Made by a program: the position numbers and the translations under genes
In this document: positions 37,719 through 47,015 of the stretch, one piece after another
How positions within the stretch are numbered: the first letter of the stretch is position 1
How the letters are laid out: the number at the start of each line of letters is the position of its first letter
Assembly (NCBI GenBank): GCA_963637895.1
Contig: CAVHQB010000001.1
Coordinates: 1-49,541, forward strand
Source of the DNA: Lachnospiraceae bacterium
GTDB lineage: Archaea; Thermoplasmatota; Thermoplasmata; Methanomassiliicoccales; Methanomethylophilaceae
Reading direction: 5' to 3'
Length of the DNA: 49,541 nucleotides
The notes under the pieces: generated by a model
Database searches by the model: none
What the model was told of the DNA's origin: nothing
The model's input: the letters and a program-made list of their open reading frames with translations, nothing else

Positions 37719-38303
37719 TCAGGCGGCCTTCCTGGAGTCGAAGGTCATCTTGGCGCTGGCGCCGAGCATCCAAACGATGTTGCATGCGATGGCGATGAGC
37801 TGGACCTTCTCGATGTTCATTCCGACGAGGCATCCGACGATGATCAGGATGAGGATGCTGCTGAGAGCTGCGTTGAGCTTGGCGCCCTCCTTCCAGTCGC
37901 CCACGGCGGAAAGGGCCACGGCGACGATCTGGAAGATGCAGACAAGGATCACGGCGATTTCGGCGGTGTCGCTGTTGCCGGAGTTGGCCTGCATGATTCC
38001 AGCGATGATCAGGAAGAAGGCCGCGAAGGCGGTGAAGCACCCGCTGGCGCAGTTGCATCCGTCCTCGGTGTAGGCTTTGCCGATTCCGAAGACGATGATA
38101 AGGATACCGACGATTATGCATCCGTAGTTGAAGAGGTTCTTTGTCAGGTCGACATCGGAGGTGCCGAGATCCGACAGTTTGCTCTCCCCGTAAACCCAGC
38201 TGACGTCCGCGTTGATGGCGACAGTGATGATGACTGCCAGCGCGAATGCAGCAAGGAATCCTATGGCCGCGAACGGCCCGGGGTTGCGATAACTCACATT
38301 CAT
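37719..38303 (-). CDS. DUF998-like membrane protein
   Basis: SW...LSDLG...FNYGCIIVG pattern, multiple TM helices. Confidence 0.75.
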   Translation of the reverse strand: MNVSYRNPGPFAAIGFLAAFALAVIITVAINADVSWVYGESKLSDLGTSDVDLTKNLFNYGCIIVGILIIVFGIGKAYTEDGCNCASGCFTAFAAFFLIIAGIMQANSGNSDTAEIAVILVCIFQIVAVALSAVGDWKEGAKLNAALSSILILIIVGCLVGMNIEKVQLIAIACNIVWMLGASAKMTFDSRKAA

Positions 38304-38380
38304 GACAGGCGGAGGTATCCCAGCCATTAAATTGGTTTCGTTCGATGCAGGCCTGTGGCTCATGCCGAAAGGAGCGTGAA

Positions 38381-39148
38381 ATGGTGAAGAATGTGTTTTT
38401 TGTCGGAACTGCGGGCAGCGGGAAGAGCACGCTCGTGGGCGCGTACAAGGAGTGGATGGAGGACGCCGGAGTGGACGCGATCGTCGTCAACATGGATCCC
38501 GGGGCCGACACGCTCCCCTACGAGCCTGATGTGGACATCAGGGAATGGATCTCCCTGGACGAGGTCATGCAGGAGTACTCCCTGGGGCCCAACGGCGCGC
38601 AGATCGTGGCCGCAGACCTCATGGCCGTGAACATCAACAAGATGATGGAAGTTGTGTCCACGTACAAGACCGACTACGTCCTGATAGACACCCCTGGACA
38701 GCTGGAGCTGTTCGCTTTCAGGGAGTCGTCCGAGATCACGGTCAGGGCGTTCGGGAGGCAGGACTCCATGATAGTCTACCTCTCCGACCCGTCCCTTTGC
38801 CGCACGCCGAACGGGTTCATCTCGGCCATGACCCTGGGAGCCCTGGTGCAGTTCAGGCTCCAGCTCCCCATGCTGAACCTCCTGTCCAAGGCGGACACGC
38901 TGTCGGACGACGATGAGCAGAGGATGCTCGACTGGTACTCCGTGCCGGACGTCCTCTACGGGGACCTCCTCGATTCGGATTCCCTTCCGCAGACCGTGGT
39001 CGGCATGGAGCTGTTCAAGGCCATGGAGAACACCGGGGTGTTCGGAGAGATAAGGGCCGTCTCCGCGCAGGACGGGACGGGGCTGGAGGAGATCTACGCC
39101 GCATCCCAGCTCACGTTCTTCGGCGGAGAGGACAACGAAAGGGAGTGA
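38381..39148 (+). CDS. GPN-loop GTPase
   Basis: GTAGSGKST, NMDPG, LGPNGA, DTPGQLE. Confidence 0.93.
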   Translation: MVKNVFFVGTAGSGKSTLVGAYKEWMEDAGVDAIVVNMDPGADTLPYEPDVDIREWISLDEVMQEYSLGPNGAQIVAADLMAVNINKMMEVVSTYKTDYVLIDTPGQLELFAFRESSEITVRAFGRQDSMIVYLSDPSLCRTPNGFISAMTLGALVQFRLQLPMLNLLSKADTLSDDDEQRMLDWYSVPDVLYGDLLDSDSLPQTVVGMELFKAMENTGVFGEIRAVSAQDGTGLEEIYAASQLTFFGGEDNERE

Positions 39149-39200
39149 CGGGGAATGGGGCGATGCCCCTCCCGCCACCGTTTTTTCTCAAGTTTCTTCT

Positions 39201-40205
39201 TCAGAGCTTTCCGAACCAGATCTTCAGGAGAGGATAGGGCTCGTCCTCGCACGTGGCAGAGTAGGCCTTAAGTCCGACGACTTGCACGACGGACAGCACG
39301 ATGACGACCACCCAGAGGACCATGAGGATGGCAAGGCTCTCGGTGGACATCGTGCACTTGACGGATTCTCCAAGGATCTCGCTGAGGCTGCTGAGAGATG
39401 CCGTGCTGTACAGGGCGGTGGTCACGATCCCCGCCAGTCCGCCTATGATGGGCACGGCCCTGATCGCCCCGAGTATGACGGCGACCATCGTGATCGCGAT
39501 GCAGATGGACGTCATGTCGTTGGGGAAGAATCCGTCCACCCCTGCTGATGAGAGGGCGTGGATGCTCCATAGCCTGCCGGATTCCCCGTCGATGGTGAAT
39601 GTGCCCCTGTATCCGTAGATGCAGTAGCATGCGATGAGGATCGAGAGGATCCCGCACATCATCACGACCACTTTGGCGTTGTACGGGTCCGACAGGAATC
39701 CCGACCGGGCGCCCCTCTCGGGCCTGGGCTCGGCGCTCCTGCGCCTGGAGCCCATCTTCTCTTTGGGGGCGCGGGGCTCGGACCCTGCGGCCACGGCTGC
39801 AGCTCCTGCGCCGATATCGACGGTGCGGGGCCCGCCCAGGTCTACGCTCCTCGGCTGAGGCGCCGGTTCCGCAGGGGCATCGAAGACGACCTGCCTGGGG
39901 GCAGGCTCCTCGACAGGCCTTGCCTGCATTTCGACGGTCTTCCTCACGGGCGCTGCCTCCACGGCAGGCTCTGCGGGAGCAGCTTCGAACACGGGCCTCT
40001 CTTGGATGACGGGCTCTTCGACGGCAGGCTCCTCCGGCTCATAGGGCGCGGCCTGTGCCGGAGGCTCCTCGAACACCGGAGCCGCTTCGGCGACGGGCTC
40101 GGATGGCGTGAACGGCACGCCTTCTCCCGTAAGCTTCGAACCGCATTTCCAGCAGAACAGGCCGGAATCGGGGTTCGAGCATCCGCAGTTGTTGCAAAAG
40201 CTCAT
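39201..40205 (-). CDS. Zinc-ribbon + Pro/Glu/Ala-rich linker + multi-TM protein
   Basis: FCNNCG...FCWKCG, long low-complexity linker, about four TM segments. Confidence 0.75.
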   Translation of the reverse strand: MSFCNNCGCSNPDSGLFCWKCGSKLTGEGVPFTPSEPVAEAAPVFEEPPAQAAPYEPEEPAVEEPVIQERPVFEAAPAEPAVEAAPVRKTVEMQARPVEEPAPRQVVFDAPAEPAPQPRSVDLGGPRTVDIGAGAAAVAAGSEPRAPKEKMGSRRRSAEPRPERGARSGFLSDPYNAKVVVMMCGILSILIACYCIYGYRGTFTIDGESGRLWSIHALSSAGVDGFFPNDMTSICIAITMVAVILGAIRAVPIIGGLAGIVTTALYSTASLSSLSEILGESVKCTMSTESLAILMVLWVVVIVLSVVQVVGLKAYSATCEDEPYPLLKIWFGKL

Positions 40206-40276
40206 GCGGATATGAAGAATGTATGATGATAAAGATTGATTGCCGGAAGGCCGGAGGGGGCCGGGCCCCCGGCGGC

Positions 40277-41482
40277 TCATCCGAACATGTATGCCGGTGC
40301 GGGCTTGGTCTTGTTCCTTCCCGCTTCGCGGACCTTGTCCTTGGCGTTGTTGAAGTCCTCTTGGGTCACATGGTCGCGGTCGTTGCGGATGGCGAGCATT
40401 CCCGCCTCGGTGCAGATGCTCTTGATCTCGGCACCGGAGACGCCCTCGGTCATGTCGGCCAGCTTCTTGGCGGAGATGTCGGGGTCCACGTTCATGTGGG
40501 CGAGGTGGATCTGGAAGATCTGCGCCCTTCCGTCCTCGTCGGGCAGGCCGACGTCGATGATCCTGTCGAACCTCCCGGGCCTGAGCAGGGCGTCGTCGAG
40601 GATGTCGGGCCTGTTGGTGGCGCCGATGATCTTGACGTCGCTGGTGGGGGTGAACCCGTCCAGCTCGGACAGGAGCTGCATGAGGGTCCTCTGGACCTCT
40701 CTGTCTCCGGATGTGGCCACGTCGAGCCTCCTCGCTCCGACGGAGTCGAGCTCGTCGATGAAGATGATGCTGGGCGCCTTCTCCTTGGCGAGCTGGAAGA
40801 GCTCGCGGACGAGCCTCGCCCCTTCTCCGATGTACTTCTGGACCAGCTCCGATCCCACGAGCCTGATGAAGGTGGCCTGGGTGGCGTTGGCGACGGCCTT
40901 GGCCATCAGGGTCTTCCCGGTTCCGGGGGGCCCCACGAGGAGGACTCCCTTGGGGGGCTCGATACCGACCTTGGCGTAGAGCTCCGGCCTGAGGAGCGGG
41001 TCCTCGACGGCCTCGCGGAGCTCCAGCATCTGCTGCTTGAGGCCTCCGATGTCATCGTAGGTCACGTCGGGCTTGTCCAGAATCTCGGCACCGGACACGA
41101 CGGGGTCCACTGGCGAGGGCAGGACGTCCATGACGGACAGGGTCTGCTTGTTCAGGGAAACCCTGGACCCGACGATGAGGTCCTGCTCGGGGACGTACTC
41201 GGACACGGACACCACGAAATCGGGCCCGGTGGAGCTCTTGACGACGACGCGGTTCCCGGGAAGGACGTCCTTGATGGATCCGATGATGAGCGGCGGGCTC
41301 TTGAGCCTCTCCAGCTCGTTCCTGAGCCTGGAGATGTCCTTCTGGAGCCTGAAGAGCTCGCTCTCGGAGTAGCGCTTCTCTGTCTCGGCGTTCTGAAGGT
41401 CCTCCATGAGCCTCACGTTCCTCTCTTCGAGGGAGACAATCTTCGCTTTCAGCTCGGTCACTTCGTCGTTAGCAGCCGTCAT
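40277..41482 (-). CDS. pan: Proteasome-activating nucleotidase
   Basis: Coiled coil, SPPL, VKSSTGP OB fold, GPPGTGKT, ELVQKYIGEG, RPGRFD; C-terminal MFG. Confidence 0.96.
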   Translation of the reverse strand: MTAANDEVTELKAKIVSLEERNVRLMEDLQNAETEKRYSESELFRLQKDISRLRNELERLKSPPLIIGSIKDVLPGNRVVVKSSTGPDFVVSVSEYVPEQDLIVGSRVSLNKQTLSVMDVLPSPVDPVVSGAEILDKPDVTYDDIGGLKQQMLELREAVEDPLLRPELYAKVGIEPPKGVLLVGPPGTGKTLMAKAVANATQATFIRLVGSELVQKYIGEGARLVRELFQLAKEKAPSIIFIDELDSVGARRLDVATSGDREVQRTLMQLLSELDGFTPTSDVKIIGATNRPDILDDALLRPGRFDRIIDVGLPDEDGRAQIFQIHLAHMNVDPDISAKKLADMTEGVSGAEIKSICTEAGMLAIRNDRDHVTQEDFNNAKDKVREAGRNKTKPAPAYMFG

Positions 41483-41585
41483 AATCCTTCCGGGCACACC
41501 AATGGAACCATCTATTATAACCGTTATTGAGAACGCGCGCGAATCGCTGGGAAATTTTAATAAGCAAGACGGAAAATCAGAGAGC

Positions 41586-42074
41586 ATGATTTGCGAGATG
41601 TGCGGCAAGGACGTTCCGCAGACGCGTACGGTCATAGTCGAAGGCAGCAAGCTCACAGTCTGCCCCAACTGTGCCAGATTCGGTGAGGACTACAGGGCGC
41701 AGTCCGGTAGCGGCGCTCCCGTGAGCCAGACGGTGATCGGCGAGAGGCTCGAGAAGCGCGAGAGGAGGATGAAGTCCAAGGACATCTACTCCGGGACCGC
41801 CTCGGTCGAGCTCATCGACGACTTCGGGGGAGCCATCAGGGCCGCCCGCGAGGCCAAGGGCATGGATCTGGAGCAGTTCGCCGAATCGATCCTCGAGAAG
41901 AAGGGAGTGCTCGCCAAGGTCGAGGCGAACAACCTCGTCCCCGACGACAAGCTCATCAAGAAGCTCGAGAAGGCCCTCGGCATCAAGCTGACGGAGACCG
42001 TCCAGTCCGGAGGGACGTCCGGCGGTCAGAACTCCGGCAAGATGACCCTCGGGAACTTCATAAAGCACGAGTGA
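41586..42074 (+). CDS. mbf1: Archaeal multiprotein bridging factor 1
   Basis: CEMCG...[15 protein letters not shown] tail; divergent from pan. Confidence 0.92.
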   Translation: MICEMCGKDVPQTRTVIVEGSKLTVCPNCARFGEDYRAQSGSGAPVSQTVIGERLEKRERRMKSKDIYSGTASVELIDDFGGAIRAAREAKGMDLEQFAESILEKKGVLAKVEANNLVPDDKLIKKLEKALGIKLTETVQSGGTSGGQNSGKMTLGNFIKHE

Positions 42075-42076
42075 TC

Positions 42077-42583
42077 TCAAGCCGCCTTTACGTGGCTGTA
42101 AACGGCATCGAGGTACTGGCCCACATCCGCTCCCGCGTCCCTCAGGACGATGAGGGCGGCAACGGCCACCTCGATGTCCAACCTCTTCTGTATCTTGTTG
42201 CAGCTCTGGATGAAGTCCCTGCGCTGCATCCCCATCGCCACCGCAGCGTCCATCATGGCCGGGAACGGGTCCGCGGACGCAGGCGCCTCCTGCGGTCTCT
42301 CGACAGGCTGGCTCTTCTCATGGAGCGATGCTGTCAGCTCCGCCGACGGGCGGTAGGCCATGGGAACGTCCAGGGACGACAGCGACTCCGACGGGCGGAC
42401 GTAACCGCCTTTCTGCTGCACCGATCCCGCCTCTGTGAGCTTCGCGAGCAGGAGCTTCGCGTCCGAGGGGGGCATCCATTTCAGGTCCAGGGACACGTCC
42501 ATGACGAACTCCTCGGTTGTGGCCACGTCCTTGCCCTTGCCGCGGAAGTACGCGGCCGCGCAGATGTCCATCTCGTCTTTCAT
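42077..42583 (-). CDS. DUF2240-like protein
   Basis: [32 protein letters not shown]. Confidence 0.75.
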   Translation of the reverse strand: MKDEMDICAAAYFRGKGKDVATTEEFVMDVSLDLKWMPPSDAKLLLAKLTEAGSVQQKGGYVRPSESLSSLDVPMAYRPSAELTASLHEKSQPVERPQEAPASADPFPAMMDAAVAMGMQRRDFIQSCNKIQKRLDIEVAVAALIVLRDAGADVGQYLDAVYSHVKAA

Positions 42584-42724
42584 GCGACCCGCATCCTCCG
42601 AGGAGTAGAAAACAGTTGTCGCTCCTCTATATACGCGCGGGCGTTACTAGCAGTTCTACTAACAGATAAGCATAGGTTTATATCGGACATCCATAATCGG
42701 GCATCATCCCGTATGGTGAACCAT

Positions 42725-42898
42725 ATGATGAAGTACACAAGATTCGAGAAGGCGAGGATCATCGGCGCCAGGGCGCTGCAGATCTCGTACGGGGCCCCCG
42801 TGCTCGTGGATTATCCCGAGGACCTCCTGGACCCTATCGACATCGCCATGCTGGAGTTCGAGAAGGATCTCATCCCGATCACCGTCGTAAGAAACTGA
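42725..42898 (+). CDS. rpoK: RNA polymerase subunit K (Rpo6)
   Basis: [18 protein letters not shown]...IPITV; GGTGA SD. Confidence 0.96.
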   Translation: MMKYTRFEKARIIGARALQISYGAPVLVDYPEDLLDPIDIAMLEFEKDLIPITVVRN

Positions 42899-42908
42899 GG
42901 AGATTAAC

Positions 42909-43538
42909 ATGACCGACGAAGAAATTCAACCCATAGACAACGGCGACCTCCTGGTCGCAGAGGACATCTACCTGACCTCCGGTGTCCACATCGGAACCCA
43001 GCAGAAATCTGCCGACATGAAGGAGTTCATCTACAAGGTCAGGCAGGACGGGCTGTACGTCCTCGACGTCAAGAAGACCGACGAGAGGATCAGGGCCGCT
43101 TCCGCTTTCCTCAGCCGCTACGACCCCTCCAGGATCCTCGTGGTCTCTGCCAGGCAGTACGGTCAGAAGCCCGCCAGGGAGTTCTCCAGGGCCATCGGCG
43201 CACCCGCTTTCGCCGGACGTTTCGTCCCCGGAACCCTGACCAACCCCCTGAACCCCGCGTTCATCGAGCCCGAGGTCATCGTCATCACCGACCCCGCCGC
43301 GGACAAGCAGGCCCTCAACGAGGCCCTGAACCTCGGAATCCCGATCGTCGCCATGTGCGATGCCAACAACGAGACCCGCAACGTCGACCTCGTCATCCCC
43401 ACCAACAACAAGGGAAGGCGCGCTCTGGCCTGCATCTACTGGCTCCTGTCCAGGCAGGTCCTGTTCGAGAGGGGAGACCTCAAGGACCCCGCCGACTTCA
43501 ACATGGAGATCGAGGACTTCGAGGCCAAGCTGGTCTGA
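42909..43538 (+). CDS. rps2: 30S ribosomal protein S2
   Basis: [26 protein letters not shown]. Confidence 0.97.
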   Translation: MTDEEIQPIDNGDLLVAEDIYLTSGVHIGTQQKSADMKEFIYKVRQDGLYVLDVKKTDERIRAASAFLSRYDPSRILVVSARQYGQKPAREFSRAIGAPAFAGRFVPGTLTNPLNPAFIEPEVIVITDPAADKQALNEALNLGIPIVAMCDANNETRNVDLVIPTNNKGRRALACIYWLLSRQVLFERGDLKDPADFNMEIEDFEAKLV

Positions 43539-43584
43539 TAACAGTTCAGAAAACCTCTTACCAAACCATTTCCATCGCGTTTCT

Positions 43585-44403
43585 ATGAGATTCCCCGCAG
43601 TGGCCGGCCGCTTCTACCCTTCGGACGCTGATTCTTTGTATTCTGCCATCGAGGGATGCTTCCGCCATCCCCTCGGCCCCGGGATGCCGTCCCGTCGCGG
43701 AGACGGGAGGAGCATACGCGGGATCATGGTGCCGCATGCGGGCTACATGTGCTCAGGGATGACCGCGGCGCACGCGTTCGGCGCAGTGGCGGAGGACGGG
43801 GCCCCGGAGACGTTCATCGTCATCGGCCCTGACCACCACGGGACGGCATACGGCCGCAACGTCCTGTCATCGGAGGATTTCCTGACCCCATTGGGCGTCT
43901 GCAGGACGGACAAGGGCATCTGCGAGGCACTGTCCGACCGCATCCCCGACGTCCCCGAGGCCCACATCTACGAGCATTCCATCGAGGTGGAGCTGCCGTT
44001 CATCCAGTGGATCGACCCCTCGTCGAAGGTCGTCCCGATAATCATGGGAGACCAGTCGCTGGAATCGGCCCGCCGTCTGGCAGATGCGCTGAAGGAGGCC
44101 TGCGACGGGCGCGACGTCATCGTGGTCGCATCGTCGGACATGTCCCATTACGTGCCGAAGGACGTGGCGTCCAGGCTGGACGGCATGGTCCTGGAGAAGG
44201 TGTCCGCCATGGACGCTGAGGGCATGCATCGGACCGTCCTCCGCAACAGGGTCTCCATGTGCGGATACGGGCCTGTGGCCGCCGCCATGATGTTCTGCGA
44301 GGGCGCCCGGACCGAGGACGTGCTCCACACGGATTCCTTCGATTCCCTGGGGCTCGATCCCGGGTCCGTCGTCGGCTACGCGTCGGCTGTCTTCCGCGTC
44401 TGA
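43585..44403 (+). CDS. amrB: MEMO1 family (AmmeMemoRadiSam protein B)
   Basis: PAVAGRFYP, PHAGY, EHSIEVELPF, SSDMSH, MCGYGP, VVGYAS. Confidence 0.9.
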   Translation: MRFPAVAGRFYPSDADSLYSAIEGCFRHPLGPGMPSRRGDGRSIRGIMVPHAGYMCSGMTAAHAFGAVAEDGAPETFIVIGPDHHGTAYGRNVLSSEDFLTPLGVCRTDKGICEALSDRIPDVPEAHIYEHSIEVELPFIQWIDPSSKVVPIIMGDQSLESARRLADALKEACDGRDVIVVASSDMSHYVPKDVASRLDGMVLEKVSAMDAEGMHRTVLRNRVSMCGYGPVAAAMMFCEGARTEDVLHTDSFDSLGLDPGSVVGYASAVFRV

Positions 44404-44563
44404 GGGGATACCGCTCCGGCCTGATGCATCATGTGCGATGTGCGGCTGCCATGCCTGTCGGAAAACGGCAGGCGCTGTCCCGTGTGCGGCATGAGAGTCT
44501 CCGACAGGACTCCCGTAGAAGCCAAGAGCCTGTCTTCCATATCGGAACGGAAAGGTCAGAACA

Positions 44564-44584
44564 GGCGGGGCGCATGGCCCCGCC
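44564..44584. terminator. GC hairpin between convergent genes
   Basis: GGCGGGGC-GCATG-GCCCCGCC followed by ATAAAA. Confidence 0.45.
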
Positions 44585-44605
44585 ATAAAAGCCGAAGCGG
44601 TTTGC

Positions 44606-45523
44606 TCAGATGCGCTTGAGGTATCTGAGGTTGGGCTCGTAGACGAGGCCCTTGTCCATCAGGATGTTGGAGATCTCCTCGAGCTCTATGCTGCTGATCC
44701 CCTCGGCCTCCGCTCTCCTCTCGAGCTCGTCCCTGGGGGCTCCCTTGCCGTCGGTGTCCAGCTCCTCCAGCATGTTCAGGATGATGTCCTCCAGCTGGCC
44801 GTGGGTGTGGTCGTCGCCGGGCTGGCTGTCCTGGGAGTCCATGTCGATCTCGTCCGGCTCGTCGCTCATGCCGTCGGGGAACCCGAAGTCCACGTCCTTC
44901 TCCGGAAGGAGGGTCCTCAGTGCGTTCTGGATGGTCTTGAGGTACATCGCGCTGTCGGGCATCTGGCCGTAGTTGTCCAGGGCGTAGATCAGGCCCTCAG
45001 CCGCAGCATCGGACATGCCCTGGGCGATGAGGTCCGGGACCTTCGCGTCGGGCATGCCGAGAGCGATCTTGGCCATCTTGAGCCTGAACCAGGTGGACTT
45101 GGCGGTCTCCAGGAGCCAGTCCTTGCGGGTCGCCTCGTCTATCTTGATTATGTGCTCGGGCCTGACGGAGATGTAGGTCCTGTCGCCGCCCTCGGGGGTG
45201 TAGGCCTTGACCCTTCCCACGGCTGCGACGAAGCTCGGTATCTCCAGGTCGGCCATGGCCGCGGAGGCCTCGGGCTGGTACCTTCCGACGCTGATGAAGT
45301 AGTTCCCGCTGACGTCCTGGATCCTGGCCTTCCACATGGGGTCGTCCGGGGACCCTATGTTCTCCTTCTCGGTCATGACCCCTGCGATCAGGACCCTGTT
45401 GATCTTCGCGCCCAGAGGGGACACCACATAGGACGGCATCTTCTCCTCCTGGGCCTTTATCTCGAGCGTGGAGCTGTTCAGCTCGCTGGCGAACACCCTC
45501 CATGCCGTCTCCCTGGCGTTCAT
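44606..45523 (-). CDS. RPA-associated / RPA32-like OB-fold + wH protein
   Basis: RETAWRVFASE, PLGAKINRV, SVRPE; C-terminal LMDKGLVYEP; ATGA-coupled to rpa. Confidence 0.85.
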   Translation of the reverse strand: MNARETAWRVFASELNSSTLEIKAQEEKMPSYVVSPLGAKINRVLIAGVMTEKENIGSPDDPMWKARIQDVSGNYFISVGRYQPEASAAMADLEIPSFVAAVGRVKAYTPEGGDRTYISVRPEHIIKIDEATRKDWLLETAKSTWFRLKMAKIALGMPDAKVPDLIAQGMSDAAAEGLIYALDNYGQMPDSAMYLKTIQNALRTLLPEKDVDFGFPDGMSDEPDEIDMDSQDSQPGDDHTHGQLEDIILNMLEELDTDGKGAPRDELERRAEAEGISSIELEEISNILMDKGLVYEPNLRYLKRI

Positions 45524-46845
45524 ATGGCTTCCTCCACTTCGGCGAGGAGCTTCTCGGCTTCCGCCTCCACGTCGACCGACATGACCTCGGTCTTCTTCAC
45601 TATCATGCTGGGCCCGAAGTCGTCGCTCATGACGTTCCCCGTGATGGAGATCCTGCGCATGAGCGTCCTGCCGGCGAGCTCCCTGCCCACGACCCCTTCT
45701 CCCTTGGCCGCTGCGAGGCCCTCGGCCGCCTTCATGGACACGCCGGTGACCTTCTCCGTGTCGGCCCTGTTCAGTATGGCCCCTATCGCTCCGGTGCCGT
45801 CGTCCACGACGACCTTGAGCCTGAGGTCCGGAACCCCGTCCACCTGGCCGTGCGCCGTGCACACGCCGTTCAGGATGGAGCGGTTGCACTGGGGGCACCT
45901 CTTGATGAGGCCGCTCCCCGACTTCACATCGACGATGAGCCCCTGGACGGTTATGTCCAGGCCTCCTCCGACCCTGACGATGTCCGCCACGGTCCTGAGG
46001 GTCGGTCCGGCCTCTATGTCCGCGAACGCGCCCGCGACCCTGTTGATCTCGCATCTGTCCCCCATGTTGAGCTGGGGTATGCCCTTCCACGCGCGGATGT
46101 ACGCGTTCTTGGCGCAGACCGTCTCGCCCTCCCTGAGGGAGAAGTCCTGCCAGGCGGAGAACTGGATCTTTCCGGTGTCGTCCGCCATGATCCCGGAGAA
46201 CACGGTCTTGTCCTCTCCCTTCACGGTGATGTTCCTCGCTTCGATGGACACGATCTTCCCTGTGACGGTGACGTTCCCGAAGCCCTCGCGGATGTCCCCG
46301 ATCTTGCACTCCTTCGCGACCAGTGTGGTCATGTCGCGCTCGGGGACGCTGATGGACGCGTCCGGCGCCGGCTCGACCTTGCCGCGGTTGCCCAGGTTGA
46401 CCTGGACCTTGTCGTTCCAGAGCTTGCAGTAGCAGTTCCTGAAATAGTATGCGGAGCCCTTGGTCAGCGTGACCGCTCCGGGCTCCCAGATGGTGAAGGG
46501 CACCGTCCCGGTCTCGTCGCCGATGATCCCGGAGACGATGACCTTGTTCAGTCCCTTCACGGTGATGTTCTTGGTGTCCACATAGACGACCTTGGCCAGG
46601 ACGTCCACGTTCTGCTCGTTCCCGCCCAGGTCGGCGATCTTCTTCACGACGGAAGTGGAAGTGGCGAAGGAGGACATGTCCGAGCCCCCGTACTTCCTGA
46701 TGATCCCGCGCTTGGCGGCGTCTATGCTGACATTGTACTCGTTGAGGTACTTGTTCAGCTCGATGTCGAGCTGTTCGTCGTCGATCTTGTCTCCGAGCAC
46801 CCTTTTTATCTCTTCCTTGTGGGGTGTTAGCTGATTCATGTCCAA
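45520..46845 (-). CDS. rpa: Replication protein A (multiple OB folds + Zn finger)
   Basis: GDETGTVPFTIW, ADDTGKIQFSAW, SGLIKRCPQC...CTAH, DDGTG. Start TTG 46845 (after GGAGGT) or ATG 46839. Confidence 0.9.
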   Translation of the reverse strand: MDMNQLTPHKEEIKRVLGDKIDDEQLDIELNKYLNEYNVSIDAAKRGIIRKYGGSDMSSFATSTSVVKKIADLGGNEQNVDVLAKVVYVDTKNITVKGLNKVIVSGIIGDETGTVPFTIWEPGAVTLTKGSAYYFRNCYCKLWNDKVQVNLGNRGKVEPAPDASISVPERDMTTLVAKECKIGDIREGFGNVTVTGKIVSIEARNITVKGEDKTVFSGIMADDTGKIQFSAWQDFSLREGETVCAKNAYIRAWKGIPQLNMGDRCEINRVAGAFADIEAGPTLRTVADIVRVGGGLDITVQGLIVDVKSGSGLIKRCPQCNRSILNGVCTAHGQVDGVPDLRLKVVVDDGTGAIGAILNRADTEKVTGVSMKAAEGLAAAKGEGVVGRELAGRTLMRRISITGNVMSDDFGPSMIVKKTEVMSVDVEAEAEKLLAEVEEAI

Positions 46846-47015
46846 TGTATCGACCTCCTCTTCGCGAGGATAGACGGCTCCGGGCTCTCCAGGTGAGATG
46901 GCGTCCCGAGGCCGTCTGCACAAGGACTCGAACTACATGTATAAGTGGATATCCGAAGTTGTCTTGGGGCGCGGGAGCCGTCAAGCCTTCATAGGCCGGA
47001 CGCATAGCAGGTGCG

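Noticed and set aside
44431..44619. 62-aa Cys-containing ORF
   Set aside because: It runs through a terminator-like hairpin into the convergent gene, and has atypical codons.
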